This document shows, in pieces, positions 9,245-19,837 of a DNA stretch of 64,000 bases. Positions within the stretch are counted from its first letter, which is position 1. The number at the start of each line of letters is the position of its first letter. Made by a program: the position numbers and the translations under genes. The stretch comes from a bacterium. Its GTDB lineage: Bacteria; SAR324; NAC60-12. The DNA lies in NCBI GenBank assembly GCA_965233585.1, contig CBDDTI010000745.1, positions 32,001 to 96,000 on the forward strand, in the 5' to 3' direction. Under the pieces are notes generated by a model. The model ran no database searches. It saw nothing but the letters and a program-made list of their open reading frames with translations, and was not told the origin of the DNA.

Positions 9245-11182
9245 TTAACTGACATATTTATCATAAAGTTGTTCTAATTGTTCTTGCAATTTGTCATGAA
9301 CATGATGAGTATGAGAGTTATTGTAAAAATCTTTTCTTAGTTTTTCAAAATCTTTTTCAGGTAAAAATTCACCATGATTAAGTAATCTTTCTAAACGAAA
9401 GTATAAATCTTCATAGTTTGTAGCAACTAGATATTCAGGATACTTTAAAGCATATTGATTGGTTGTCATTCCAAAAAAGTCGTAGATAAAAGTAGGTTTT
9501 CCATAACTCAAAAACTCATCAATTAAAGATGTATAAGCACCTATACAGTAATCAGAAATATAAATTAATTTTTCAGGTGTGATTTCTTCCAAATCCTTGA
9601 CAATTTCAATATTTGGTAAGTGAGTAATAATTTCTACAATATCTTCAAATAATGGATGAGTTAAAACTGATGAATCTTTTCCTTTAATTAAAAAATAATC
9701 ATTCTTAAAACAAAGTGATAGTTTAATAATATCTATGTATATTTTTTTAGATATCCTATATGTAGGACATGCTGTTTTCAATCTATTTTCCTCATCAGAA
9801 AGTGGAAGATTAATACTCAGGCAAGCAATGATGCTTCTATGTTTTTGCTTGATTGCTTGACACCATAAGTTTTCTTCTTGATCTTCGTGACAGAATTTCA
9901 CTGCATCATCTTTTATATTTCCAATGATTATAGATTTTTTTCTGACTAGATATGTGACCTTTCTATTTTGTAAAAAATTTAATACTTCTGGACCTGTCAC
10001 AAAGTGATAATCAACAGTAACATTACCAATAGGGTATGTACGATCTTGAACAGCAATAACAGTAATCTTTTTGAGATATAATGAAAAATATAAAGATGGA
10101 GGAAAGAGGGAATCATAACCTACCAAAGCAAGTTTAACAGATGTCAGTTTTTCTAATGCTGATAAATTGTAACATATAGCTCTAAAGTATTTAAAAAATA
10201 ATATGATTTCAGAAATAGAAAATGTGAAAGCATAGGCAAAACATTTTTTTCTATTTAATAAAAGAATTTTGATAAATTTTAATAATGAAGTAGTAACTCC
10301 TTCTGAATTTAGCTGATTTAAATCAGTATATTGTATCTCACAATGATTCTTTTTGTTAAAAGAGTCACATGTTTTTTTAAGAAACTCTTTATAGTTTTCT
10401 ATAGCAATATGCAAAATATTATTAGGATAGAAATGAGATTGATCATCTTGATTATAGTAAAAAAATTTATTGTACAAATGACCATATGAAATTCCTTTGT
10501 GAGGGAAGTATATTATTTTATAATGAGAGTATTCCTTGCTATTTTTTGGCAAACTTAAATGATCTCTTTTTTGATTTAAAATAACTTTTGATGAAGAAAA
10601 TTTTCTTACAAAAATTTTATTCAAAATAAAAAATATTACATACAATTTTTTAAAAAAATAAACTAAACCCGTACATATAAAATAAATATAATTGATAAAA
10701 TTAAGACTGTGTACAAAATATCTTTTTTGTACTAAATAGGTATATCTTTGATAAGGATAGAAGATAAAAGGATTTATCTTCTCAGTATCTTGCAGATAAT
10801 GAATAAATAAGGATATTTTACAAAAATCCTTAATCACATCCCATGTTATATCTAAAAAAGAGCTTCGCATGATTTTATTTTCTAAGTCTATTCTAAAAAA
10901 AGATGCGATAGATTTATAAATAAAATGTGTTGTAACATGGTGATCCATTAAATAAGTTATATAATGATGACCGTGTTGATTTAATCCTCCATAATGATAC
11001 CTCATTAAATCTGAATGAATGGGATAAAAGTTCTTAACTTTATCTAATATGAAGAAAGTAGATTTTAAAATGTGATAATAATAAATTTTATAACCACGTA
11101 GTGATAAATAAAGAATAAACCAAATGGATATCCAATCAGCTTGATAAAAAACAGCAACTCTTTGATTTTTCTTTTGTTTCAT
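9245..11182 (-). CDS. Very AT-rich hypothetical protein, possibly surface-polysaccharide / GT-B-like
   Basis: 645-aa ORF in DNA visibly more AT-rich than flanks; C-terminal SDYCIGAYTSLIDEFLSYGKP resembles GT-B C-terminal motif. Confidence 0.55.
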   Translation of the reverse strand: MKQKKNQRVAVFYQADWISIWFILYLSLRGYKIYYYHILKSTFFILDKVKNFYPIHSDLMRYHYGGLNQHGHHYITYLMDHHVTTHFIYKSIASFFRIDLENKIMRSSFLDITWDVIKDFCKISLFIHYLQDTEKINPFIFYPYQRYTYLVQKRYFVHSLNFINYIYFICTGLVYFFKKLYVIFFILNKIFVRKFSSSKVILNQKRDHLSLPKNSKEYSHYKIIYFPHKGISYGHLYNKFFYYNQDDQSHFYPNNILHIAIENYKEFLKKTCDSFNKKNHCEIQYTDLNQLNSEGVTTSLLKFIKILLLNRKKCFAYAFTFSISEIILFFKYFRAICYNLSALEKLTSVKLALVGYDSLFPPSLYFSLYLKKITVIAVQDRTYPIGNVTVDYHFVTGPEVLNFLQNRKVTYLVRKKSIIIGNIKDDAVKFCHEDQEENLWCQAIKQKHRSIIACLSINLPLSDEENRLKTACPTYRISKKIYIDIIKLSLCFKNDYFLIKGKDSSVLTHPLFEDIVEIITHLPNIEIVKDLEEITPEKLIYISDYCIGAYTSLIDEFLSYGKPTFIYDFFGMTTNQYALKYPEYLVATNYEDLYFRLERLLNHGEFLPEKDFEKLRKDFYNNSHTHHVHDKLQEQLEQLYDKYVS

Positions 11183-11738
11183 AAAAACTTCTATGATTTA
11201 AAAATAATTAAACTCCTCGCTTGCTTTGAGTATCAAAGCAAATAAAATAGTTGATATTTTTGAAATTATTCAAAATTGAAGAATTGACATGAGGGTTACT
11301 TTGTTAGGTATTCTAGGATGCAGGAACATGAGAAACTTTTATTAACAGAAGAAACATTCAATGTAGATAACCCTGACCCTAAACTTTTGGATTGATTTTA
11401 CTTTAGACGTGTAGAATGGACAAGGATCAATTAAAGTTGACGAAGGACACCGGCATATTGCATCATTAGAAGGATCATTTGGTAAAACCAAAACCATGCC
11501 CTGTCTATATTTGATACAGATTACAATCTTCAAAAAAAACTTATTTTCAAAAGCTGACCTGCTTGTTTCTTTGACTTTTCGCTCAAACCATTAAAAATAA
11601 TTAAAAAAGATGATTTTAAAAGTTGCATTTGTTTTTCAAGGTTTGCTAGAATTATAATCTTGTTTTTGTTCATTCTGATTAACCATTTATCAAAGGAGAT
11701 TTTTATGTTAGAACAAATCAAATCCATTCAAGATTCTT

Positions 11739-12935
11739 TTGTCAGGGGGTGTTTTTTATGACAAATCAATCGTTTTCTTGACACTTCTGGTCTTGGCAGG
11801 TTGTGTGCCACCTGCTGAAGAAAGTGAGGAGGAAAACACTCAAAATCAAGCCATGTGCGAGGTTGCCTCTGACAATTCTATTACAACAGGTGAGGAACTG
11901 GTTGCCAATTTCACTTGCAAAGTCTCAACCATTTATCAAGGTAAGAAGTTAGACATCGCTTATGATGAAAGTTTGACTTCCTTGAAGCTGGTCGTGTCAA
12001 AAGGAGAAGAAACAGAAGAAACGGTTGGGCAAGGTGGAGAACTGGCTTACATTTTACCCAGACAAGAACAATTTCAAGCCAAGCTGAAGTTGACAGGAGT
12101 CACAGCAGGCACAGGGCAACTGCAATTCAAAATCTTGAGAGAAGAATCAAACTGGGATTTTACAGTGATACAAGGGGGACCAGAAGGATTGACGCTGGGC
12201 GCTGCAGTCACCTCAACTGCTTTTACTAAGATGCAAGACACAGCAGGCAAAGCCTACGGACGTTCCGTGATGAGACTAGACACTTCTCAAACCCTAGTTT
12301 CTAATGACGAGGCAGTTTGCGAAGATACTCCTTTGAATGCCTTGCTTGTCTCATCAGATGACTTTGTCACCTGTGAAAAAGTGTTTGTTCAAAAAGGCGT
12401 TAGAACCAGTCATCTTATCATTCCCAAACAAACTTGGGGCTTGAACAAAACTTACAAAGTGGCAGTCAAAACGGCTGGCGGTGCTTCTGCTTTCAATCGC
12501 TCTGGCAACCCTGTGTCCTTCACCACTAACAATGCCAATCACAACACTACCGCTCACATCACAGGCTTTGATGTTGGGCAAAGACCTAAAGTGTTGAGAA
12601 ATCACTTCCACTTAGAAAAAGATGGAGAGCTTTGGTATTACATCAACAAAGGAGACCTTGTGCCAAGGTATGACGCCAGTGAGTGTCGGACAATCAACTA
12701 CAAGGCGGCAGATGATACACAGTTCAAAAATCTTAATAGTGGTAATTCTGCTGATAGAGATTTTGCTCGAGCTGTTTTTGGAAATACAAGTCGTTTTTAC
12801 ATTGGCAGTTTTACCGGTGGTTTTAATGTTTTACGGAATCACAGTAACGGTGTAATAACAAGATTCAGTACAGGTACTATCGCTCCCTCAGACATCCATT
12901 ATTTCTGTTCTATGAAAATTCCAGAACGTGCTTAA
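11739..12935 (+). CDS. Lipoprotein with Ig-like domain and unknown C-terminal domain; start probably frameshifted
   Basis: Lipobox VLAGC; SSDDFVTC...LNKTYKVAV beta-sandwich-like segment. Confidence 0.65.
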   Translation: MSGGVFYDKSIVFLTLLVLAGCVPPAEESEEENTQNQAMCEVASDNSITTGEELVANFTCKVSTIYQGKKLDIAYDESLTSLKLVVSKGEETEETVGQGGELAYILPRQEQFQAKLKLTGVTAGTGQLQFKILREESNWDFTVIQGGPEGLTLGAAVTSTAFTKMQDTAGKAYGRSVMRLDTSQTLVSNDEAVCEDTPLNALLVSSDDFVTCEKVFVQKGVRTSHLIIPKQTWGLNKTYKVAVKTAGGASAFNRSGNPVSFTTNNANHNTTAHITGFDVGQRPKVLRNHFHLEKDGELWYYINKGDLVPRYDASECRTINYKAADDTQFKNLNSGNSADRDFARAVFGNTSRFYIGSFTGGFNVLRNHSNGVITRFSTGTIAPSDIHYFCSMKIPERA

Positions 12936-12963
12936 ACGTTTTCGTTTCTTTTTCCTTCCCCTT

Positions 12964-13254
12964 CGTCATTGCGGGCTTGACCCGCAATCTCAAACTTTCT
13001 CATTTTAAAAAAGGGGGCGTCCTGCTCCCTTTGTCTTCTTGCCTTTGTTTTCAAACACCATTCCGAGACTTCTACTTGGTCATTGCTCATCTTGACCCGC
13101 AATCTCAAGAGCGTTTGACGGGAGTTGTCATTCGGAGCGAAAGCAGGAATCCATGCTTGGTTTGGTGATAGATTCCGTGTCAAGCACGGAATGACTAGGG
13201 GAATCGTCATGCTCACGTTGTTCTTTAGTCATTGCGGTTTAAACCCGCAATCTC
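12964..13254. repeat. REP-like palindrome cluster 3
   Basis: CGTCATTGCGGGCTTGACCCGCAATCTC, GTCATTCGGAGCGAAAGCAGGAATC, GATTCCGTGTCAAGCACGGAATGAC. Confidence 0.88.
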
Positions 13255-13341
13255 AAACTTTCATCTTTCCAAAAGCCATATTTTCAAAAGGCACACCTGT
13301 TGCTAATGTTATTCTTATTTCTTTTTTTGGCTAGATAGACC

Positions 13342-13590
13342 ATGTGTAAGTCAGACAAAACATGTAAAGTGTTGCTGGAACTCCCCCAAATCACGTTGAA
13401 GCATCTGGACACTTTTGCCAAAGAGCAGGGCATGTCCCGTGCTGAATGTCTTCAATCACTCTTAGACTCACATCAGCAAAAAACTTCTTCACAAGCTGAT
13501 AGAACTTTACTTGATGACCTCAAAAAGGTGTATGATGGCATCAGACTCTTGAAACATTCCCAAACTCTCCTTGTCCCAAAAACAATATGA
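13342..13590 (+). CDS. Small ribbon-helix-helix (CopG-like) DNA-binding protein
   Basis: VLLELPQ..LKHLD.FAKEQGMSRAE pattern. Confidence 0.6.
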   Translation: MCKSDKTCKVLLELPQITLKHLDTFAKEQGMSRAECLQSLLDSHQQKTSSQADRTLLDDLKKVYDGIRLLKHSQTLLVPKTI

Positions 13591-14378
13591 CCCAAACCGC
13601 TTCAACAGACCTCCAACAACGGTATCAACTGGCAATAGAGCTTGGCAGGCAAGCAGGCGAGCTTGCCCTTGATTTATTTACCAGACGGGAGCAACTTCAA
13701 GTGGAAAAGAAAGGAAGGCAAGATTTTGTCTCTGAAGCAGACCGTGCGGTAGAGACCTTGATTCGCCAACAGATTGCCAACTCTTTTCCTGATGATGGCA
13801 TGCTTGGTGAGGAATTTGGCATCACAGAAGGCAAGCAAGGTCTTTGGGTCATTGACCCCATTGATGGCACCACCAATTTTTTAAGGGGTCTTGAACACTG
13901 GAGCGTCTCTATTGCTTATTGGGCAGACCACCAAATCCAAATTGGCGTTGTGAGTTCGCCTTGTTCTGAGAGCCTTTACCATGCTCAAAAGGGGCAAGGA
14001 GCATTTTGCAATCAAACCAAACTGCACGTTTTAGATGACATGTTGCATGAAGATATTTTGATAGGTGCAGGAAGTTTTCATAAGCATTTAGACGAGCTGA
14101 TGCCTTTTTTGAGGCAGTGCAAAAGTAACCTTCGCTGTTTTGGCTCTGCCGCCCTTGCGATTGCACAGACCGCACAAGGTGCCTTAGATGCCTACTACCA
14201 AAAAAGACTCAGAAGCTGGGACGCACTAGCAGGATTACTCATTGCCCGAGAAGCAGGAAGAAAAACCATCGGCTTTGACTCAACAGACTCACTCCAACAA
14301 AAAGAACTTGTGTTGGTCTGTGCAGAAAAACTTTTGCCTCCTTTTCAAGACTGGATTCAAGGGCAGAACATCTTATGA
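13587..14378 (+). CDS. Inositol monophosphatase family protein
   Basis: DFVSEAD, LGEE, WVIDPIDGTTNF, GSAAL, WD.LAG. Confidence 0.93.
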   Translation: MTQTASTDLQQRYQLAIELGRQAGELALDLFTRREQLQVEKKGRQDFVSEADRAVETLIRQQIANSFPDDGMLGEEFGITEGKQGLWVIDPIDGTTNFLRGLEHWSVSIAYWADHQIQIGVVSSPCSESLYHAQKGQGAFCNQTKLHVLDDMLHEDILIGAGSFHKHLDELMPFLRQCKSNLRCFGSAALAIAQTAQGALDAYYQKRLRSWDALAGLLIAREAGRKTIGFDSTDSLQQKELVLVCAEKLLPPFQDWIQGQNIL

Positions 14379-17113
14379 AGTGGCTCACAACCTTTTTGCG
14401 TGTTGTCACTCTCATTTACCTCATTTTTGGATTCTCTCATAGTTTAGCAAATGAGCTGATTACCCGTCATTTTTTCAAACTCCCCGGAGACACTCCTCAA
14501 CAGGCAGACTTTAGCCTAGATGCCCAACATCTCATCACCCTATCGGGTCTTCACACCCTTGAAGTTCGTCAAACTTCAAACAGCGAAGTCCTTTTAAACA
14601 TTCCCACAGGAAGTCACCAAGCCTTGACATTTCTGCAACACCCATCACAGCCCCTTCTCATCACAGGCGGAGCAGACCAAACTATCAAAATATGGAGTAT
14701 GGACTCTGGGCAAGAGTTCACCACACTGCGGGGACATTTAGGCGCTGTGCAAGCACTGGACATCACTCCTGATGGAGAATTTTTAATTTCAGGCAGTGCC
14801 GATGGGACAATCATCGTCTGGAATCTTGAAAGGCTGAGCCCTCAATTTTCAATATCCCAAGCTCACCAACAACAAATTTCAACCCTTGCTCTCTCCCCTG
14901 ATGGAAAGTTGTTTGCCAGCGGAGGAGCTGATGATGCAGTCAGGCTTTGGAGACTAGAAAGAAAGGAATTGCTAGCTGAATTTTTGGAACATGAGAAGTC
15001 AGTCAATGAGGTGCAGTTTCACCCCAATGGACAGCTGATAGGAAGTGTGTCAGATGACGGAACTGTCAAACTTTGGGATTGGAGGAAGACACAATCTGAT
15101 GCCTCTTTCAATCCTCATCAAGAAGCTATGGCATCACTGCAATTTGACAGTTCTGGTCGTTTAATCTTGTTGGGATCAAAAAATGGAGTGATTAGCCTGT
15201 GGGATTTGAACGAACAACAAAGCGCTTTAACCCTCAATTTAGGCAATAGAGACATGCTCATGTCTCGTATGGATTCGCAAGGTTATTATGTCCTTGCACT
15301 CACCACCGTTGGCATCGTGCAAGTTTGGGAGTTAAGCCAATCTGTGGTGGCTGGTCAATTCCAACCGCATCAGAGAGATGTGTTAGCCATGGACTTTACG
15401 TCTAATGGACGTTACTTAATCACCTCTTCGCTAGACAGAAGCATTCGCTTTTGGAACGTCCAAGAACAAACAGAAGTCAGGTCTTATGAGCTGAACAATC
15501 TTGTTGCCTTTTCCGTGGCGATTGCACCAAATAACAGAACCTTTGCAACAGGCAATCAAGATGGAAGTGTCAGGCTGTGGGACACACAAGAAGGCAGGTC
15601 TTTGGCTTCACTCAAACGGCATAAATCACCAGTTATCTCCTTAGATTATCACCCCAGCGGCGAGGCAGTCGTTTCTGTTTCTAAAGACCATCGTTGGGTC
15701 GTCTGGGATTTAAAAAAGAAGTATCAAACCAAAGAGATTAAAGAGAAAAATCTGACCTTTGTCCGCTTTGACCCCAAAGGAGATGAATTTTTAATCGGCT
15801 ATGACAGTGGGGATTTACAAGTTTGGAGCTTTCCGCAAGGTGCTTTAAAGCAGGAGTTGAAATTGAGTCAGTCTGCCATCTCTTCTTTTCAATTCCACCC
15901 TAACGAACCTTTGCTTGCCATTGGAGACGTTGGGGGACAAATCCATTTAGTCCAAAAAAAAGAGTCCTACCAAAAAGTGTATTCCATCAGCGCCCATTAT
16001 CAAGCAGTGAGTGGTGTCTTTTTCACAGGAGATGAGCAATCTTTGATTTCTGTGTCTCAAGACAAATCTGCACGTGCTTGGAATTTTAGAAATGGAAATC
16101 TGATTCGTGGACTGCGTGATGAAGAGTCAACGATTATGCTTGGCACATCTCACAAAGACTTGATTGCTTTTGCCACATCCAAACCTGAAGTCACCTTGTT
16201 ACGTTATTCTGGCAATGCTCAAACCAGTTCCAGTACGCCTTTAAGTTCTTTGGGTAGTTCTTTGCCTGTTTTAGCCAACGAAGCACCATTGATTCCCTTG
16301 CAACAGGGTCAAGACGTTCGCAACTTACTGAATGCCGTTTTGGCTAAAAATCAAAATTGCTATGAGATTTCTAATCTTGAAGAACTCGTCTTTCAAGGAT
16401 TGTTAGACTATCCCAATGATTTGGGGTTGTATCATGGATTACTGCAGATTGCTCTTGTCAGGAACGACATGCAACTGCTTTTTTTAGCAGTGAAATTTGG
16501 ACAGCATGCCGACTTTGATGCAACGTTGTATGACTATTCGCAAGAAGTGGACATCAGACTGCAATTTGAAAAATGGCGTCATTTGTGGGACCAAAGCACC
16601 TCAAGGCGTGAAGACCGCTTTGAAACTTCTTTGATCAGTTGCTCTTCAAGCTCCATGCTTCAGCTAGATTCCCCCTTGACCTTGTTGGATTTACCGCATG
16701 AGTTTATTGAAAAAGTGATGACGACCCCACGCTTGATAGACTTTCAAGATTTTCAAGGTCTTTCAGGAGTAGAGTTTATCAACCGACTTTTTTCACAAAT
16801 AGAATCCAGTTTAAAACGTGAGGTCGGCTTCCCTAAATCCCGCGTGTCTCTCAATGCACAAATCAAAACACCTTCTGTCCCAACAGGGGTGCTATTCCTG
16901 AGCTTTCCCAAAACACAATTTTTTGGAAACCCCTTGAGTTTTGAATTTCAAATCCGTAACTCGCAAAATCAATGGCTCACCTACACTTCTGACCAAGATA
17001 AACAAAAACGGATTCTCCTGCCTGTTGACAACTACTATCTCAAACTCAATGGCAAACTGGTCAAAACGTTTCAAATCAAGCAAAATGAAGAACACATCAT
17101 CAGTGATGAATAG
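14375..17113 (+). CDS. Secreted WD40-repeat protein with C-terminal unknown domain
   Basis: Signal peptide then many GH...SGS.D..I..W repeats over roughly the first 610 aa. Confidence 0.9.
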   Translation: MKWLTTFLRVVTLIYLIFGFSHSLANELITRHFFKLPGDTPQQADFSLDAQHLITLSGLHTLEVRQTSNSEVLLNIPTGSHQALTFLQHPSQPLLITGGADQTIKIWSMDSGQEFTTLRGHLGAVQALDITPDGEFLISGSADGTIIVWNLERLSPQFSISQAHQQQISTLALSPDGKLFASGGADDAVRLWRLERKELLAEFLEHEKSVNEVQFHPNGQLIGSVSDDGTVKLWDWRKTQSDASFNPHQEAMASLQFDSSGRLILLGSKNGVISLWDLNEQQSALTLNLGNRDMLMSRMDSQGYYVLALTTVGIVQVWELSQSVVAGQFQPHQRDVLAMDFTSNGRYLITSSLDRSIRFWNVQEQTEVRSYELNNLVAFSVAIAPNNRTFATGNQDGSVRLWDTQEGRSLASLKRHKSPVISLDYHPSGEAVVSVSKDHRWVVWDLKKKYQTKEIKEKNLTFVRFDPKGDEFLIGYDSGDLQVWSFPQGALKQELKLSQSAISSFQFHPNEPLLAIGDVGGQIHLVQKKESYQKVYSISAHYQAVSGVFFTGDEQSLISVSQDKSARAWNFRNGNLIRGLRDEESTIMLGTSHKDLIAFATSKPEVTLLRYSGNAQTSSSTPLSSLGSSLPVLANEAPLIPLQQGQDVRNLLNAVLAKNQNCYEISNLEELVFQGLLDYPNDLGLYHGLLQIALVRNDMQLLFLAVKFGQHADFDATLYDYSQEVDIRLQFEKWRHLWDQSTSRREDRFETSLISCSSSSMLQLDSPLTLLDLPHEFIEKVMTTPRLIDFQDFQGLSGVEFINRLFSQIESSLKREVGFPKSRVSLNAQIKTPSVPTGVLFLSFPKTQFFGNPLSFEFQIRNSQNQWLTYTSDQDKQKRILLPVDNYYLKLNGKLVKTFQIKQNEEHIISDE

Positions 17114-17149
17114 TCGTCAAGCAAAGTAGCTTTCAAAACACTCCTTTAG

Positions 17150-17310
17150 TCATGGCTGACCTTGTCCGCAATCTCTTCTTTTTTCCCAAACGACTTTTGT
17201 TTTTTGAGATTCCGTGTCAAGTGCTGAATCTATCTTAAACCAAGCACAGATTCCTGCTTTCGCAGGAATAACGGCAGTATAGAGGTTAGGGAGCAAGGTG
17301 AGCCATGACG
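17150..17310. repeat. REP-like palindrome cluster 4
   Basis: GAGATTCCGTGTCAAG, AATCTATCTTAAACCAAGCACAGATTCCTGCTTTCGCAGGAATAAC, CAAGGTGAGCCATGACG. Confidence 0.8.
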
Positions 17311-17446
17311 AAAGGCAAAATTTTCAAGTGGGAGGGGTTAAACTTACAAGAATAGTTGAAGTTTTTTTGCATTAGTGATATTGTTTACATTTTTTGTAAG
17401 ATCTTTTGGACAATTTATTGAAACACACTCACTCACAAAACTTGCT

Positions 17447-19378
17447 ATGACAGAACTATACACACCATCAAAAGAAACAAGGGAACGTGCCTATCTCAAT
17501 GCCCAAGACTATGAAAGGCTTTATGAGGAGTCTATCCACAATCCTGAACAATTTTGGAAGAAACAAGCAGAGCGATTAGACTGGTTCAAGATGCCTAGTC
17601 AGGTGACGAATTGCGACTACACCAAAGCACAAGTGGAATGGTTTGCAGATGGTCAGCTGAATGTGTCTTACAACTGCTTAGATCGGCATCTTGCCAAGAG
17701 GGGAAATCAAGCGGCTTTGATTTGGGAGGGGGACACACCGCATGAATCCTTCACTTACACTTACCGTCAGTTGCACCGTGAAGTCTGCCGTTTTGCCAAC
17801 GTTCTCAAACGTTTCAAAGTGGGTAAAGGCGACCGTGTTGTGCTGTATATGCCTATGATTCCAGAACTTGCCATTGCCTGTTTGGCGTGTACTCGCATTG
17901 GTGCAATTCATTCTGTGGTTTTTGGGGGCTTTAGTGCAGAGTCTTTAAGGAATCGTATTTTAGATTGTCAGCCTAAATTGGTGATTACAGCAGATGGAGG
18001 CTTTCGTGGTGGTGGAACAATTCCACTCAAAGACTGGTGTGATGAAGCGTTGAAAAACTTGACTGACATCACCGTGATTGTTGTGAAGAGAACAAACCAA
18101 TCGGTTCAGATTGACCCTGCACGTGACCACTGGTGGCATACAGAAATTCAATCACCTGCCATCTCTAATCAATGTCCCCCTGAAGTGATGAATGCGGAAG
18201 ACCCCTTGTTCATTCTTTATACATCAGGTTCAACAGGCACTCCTAAAGGAGTCTTGCATACCACAGGAGGCTATTTGCTGTACACCAGTCTTACGCATCA
18301 CTACGTTTTCAATTATGAAGAAGGAGACACTTATTGGTGTACAGCAGACATTGGTTGGATTACAGGGCATTCTTACGTGTTGTATGGACCGCTTGCCAAT
18401 GGTGCAACGACTTTGATGTTTGAAGGCGTGCCTCAATATCCCAAATGGGATCGTTTTTGGAAGGTGGTAGAAAAGCACAACGTCAACATCTTCTACACGG
18501 CACCTACTGCGATACGTGCCATTGCCAGACATGGCGATGAACTGGTCAACAACTGCAACCTGACTTCATTGAAAATCTTGGGGACTGTCGGAGAACCGAT
18601 TAATCCAGAAATTTGGCGTTGGTATTATCAGATTGTGGGTCAAGGAAACTTGCCGATTGTAGATACTTGGTGGCAAACCGAAACAGGTGGATTTATGATT
18701 ACTCCGCTACCTGGTGCCATTCCTACCAAGCCCGGGTCTGCCACGAAGCCTTTCTTTGGCGTCCAACCTGTTGTCTTAGACCACGAAGGCAAAGAAATAG
18801 AAGGCGTTGCAGAGGGGAATTTGTGCATTAAGCAGTCTTGGCCCGGGCAGATGCGTACCGTTTATGGAGACCATCAACGATTTTACGACACCTACTTTAG
18901 CCAGTTTGCAGGATATTATTTTACTGGAGATGGTTGCAGAAGAGATGAAGATGGTTACTATTGGATTACAGGACGTGTAGATGATGTTCTCAATGTGTCA
19001 GGGCATCGTTTGGGGACTGCTGAAATTGAGTCTGCCATCATCTTACATCAAGACGTTGCAGAGGCAGCAGTCATCGGTGTTGCCCATGAAATCAAAGGTC
19101 AGGGAATTTATGCCTTTGTAACGCTCAATGCGGATGCCGAACCTAGCGAAAGTTTAAAGTCAGAGATCGTTGCCAAAGTGCGTCAAGAGATTGGTCCCAT
19201 TGCCACACTTGATGCCATTCAATGGGCGCCAGGACTGCCAAAGACACGAAGCGGAAAAATCATGAGGCGGATTTTACGAAAAATTGCAAACCACGAAGAA
19301 GCAAGCATTGGCGATACTTCTACCCTTGCAGAACCAGACATCATTGAGCAATTACTGGCAGAGCGGGTCAATTTGTAA
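17447..19378 (+). CDS. acs: Acetyl-CoA synthetase
   Basis: [48 protein letters not shown]. Confidence 0.97.
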   Translation: MTELYTPSKETRERAYLNAQDYERLYEESIHNPEQFWKKQAERLDWFKMPSQVTNCDYTKAQVEWFADGQLNVSYNCLDRHLAKRGNQAALIWEGDTPHESFTYTYRQLHREVCRFANVLKRFKVGKGDRVVLYMPMIPELAIACLACTRIGAIHSVVFGGFSAESLRNRILDCQPKLVITADGGFRGGGTIPLKDWCDEALKNLTDITVIVVKRTNQSVQIDPARDHWWHTEIQSPAISNQCPPEVMNAEDPLFILYTSGSTGTPKGVLHTTGGYLLYTSLTHHYVFNYEEGDTYWCTADIGWITGHSYVLYGPLANGATTLMFEGVPQYPKWDRFWKVVEKHNVNIFYTAPTAIRAIARHGDELVNNCNLTSLKILGTVGEPINPEIWRWYYQIVGQGNLPIVDTWWQTETGGFMITPLPGAIPTKPGSATKPFFGVQPVVLDHEGKEIEGVAEGNLCIKQSWPGQMRTVYGDHQRFYDTYFSQFAGYYFTGDGCRRDEDGYYWITGRVDDVLNVSGHRLGTAEIESAIILHQDVAEAAVIGVAHEIKGQGIYAFVTLNADAEPSESLKSEIVAKVRQEIGPIATLDAIQWAPGLPKTRSGKIMRRILRKIANHEEASIGDTSTLAEPDIIEQLLAERVNL

Positions 19379-19500
19379 ATGTGGACAAATTGGTCTGGTA
19401 TGACAGTCGTTTGAGTATTTTGAGCCTTCCAAAAGTTTGTTTTCTTCTGGTTTTGCATGGAATTTTTCAACACTTGTGAAGGTTTCAAAAAGAAAAAAAT

Positions 19501-19530
19501 TTGACAAGCAATTTTGGGTTAGTCTATAAT
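19501..19530 (+). promoter_or_regulatory. Consensus sigma70 promoter for tRNA-Gly/tRNA-fMet
   Basis: TTGACA-18 bp-TATAAT followed by GC-rich GTGCGG discriminator. Confidence 0.85.
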
Positions 19531-19543
19531 GTGCGGTTTTGTT

Positions 19544-19619
19544 GCGGGAGTAGCTCAGTTGGTAGAGCGTCAGCCTTCCAAGCTGAATGTCGCGAGTTCG
19601 AGCCTCGTTTCCCGCTCCA
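19544..19619 (+). tRNA. tRNA-Gly(TCC)
   Basis: GCGGGAGTAGCTCAGTTGGTAGAGC...CTTCCAA...AGTTCGAGCC...TCCA. Confidence 0.97.
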
Positions 19620-19638
19620 CAAAATCCAATCAATACAA

Positions 19639-19715
<77 letters not shown>

Positions 19716-19837
19716 ATTCCTTCTTTCATTGCTGACCAATTCCATTGCTTTAATTTTCTTTCAAAAGTCTCTCAAACATGGATTTGACTCTCTCTACGTA
19801 AACAAATGAAACTCACACTTCAGCCTTTCTCGTTGTT

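Noticed and set aside
9245..11182. AT-rich 645-aa ORF as the missing Cas12 effector
   Set aside because: No recognisable RuvC motifs, internal hydrophobic segments, and far from the array.
12932..13334. Short ORFs over REP clusters (also 9019-9277, 29541-29807, 35308-35523)
   Set aside because: They translate recurring palindromes (WIPAFAG, LDPQS) and are probably spurious.
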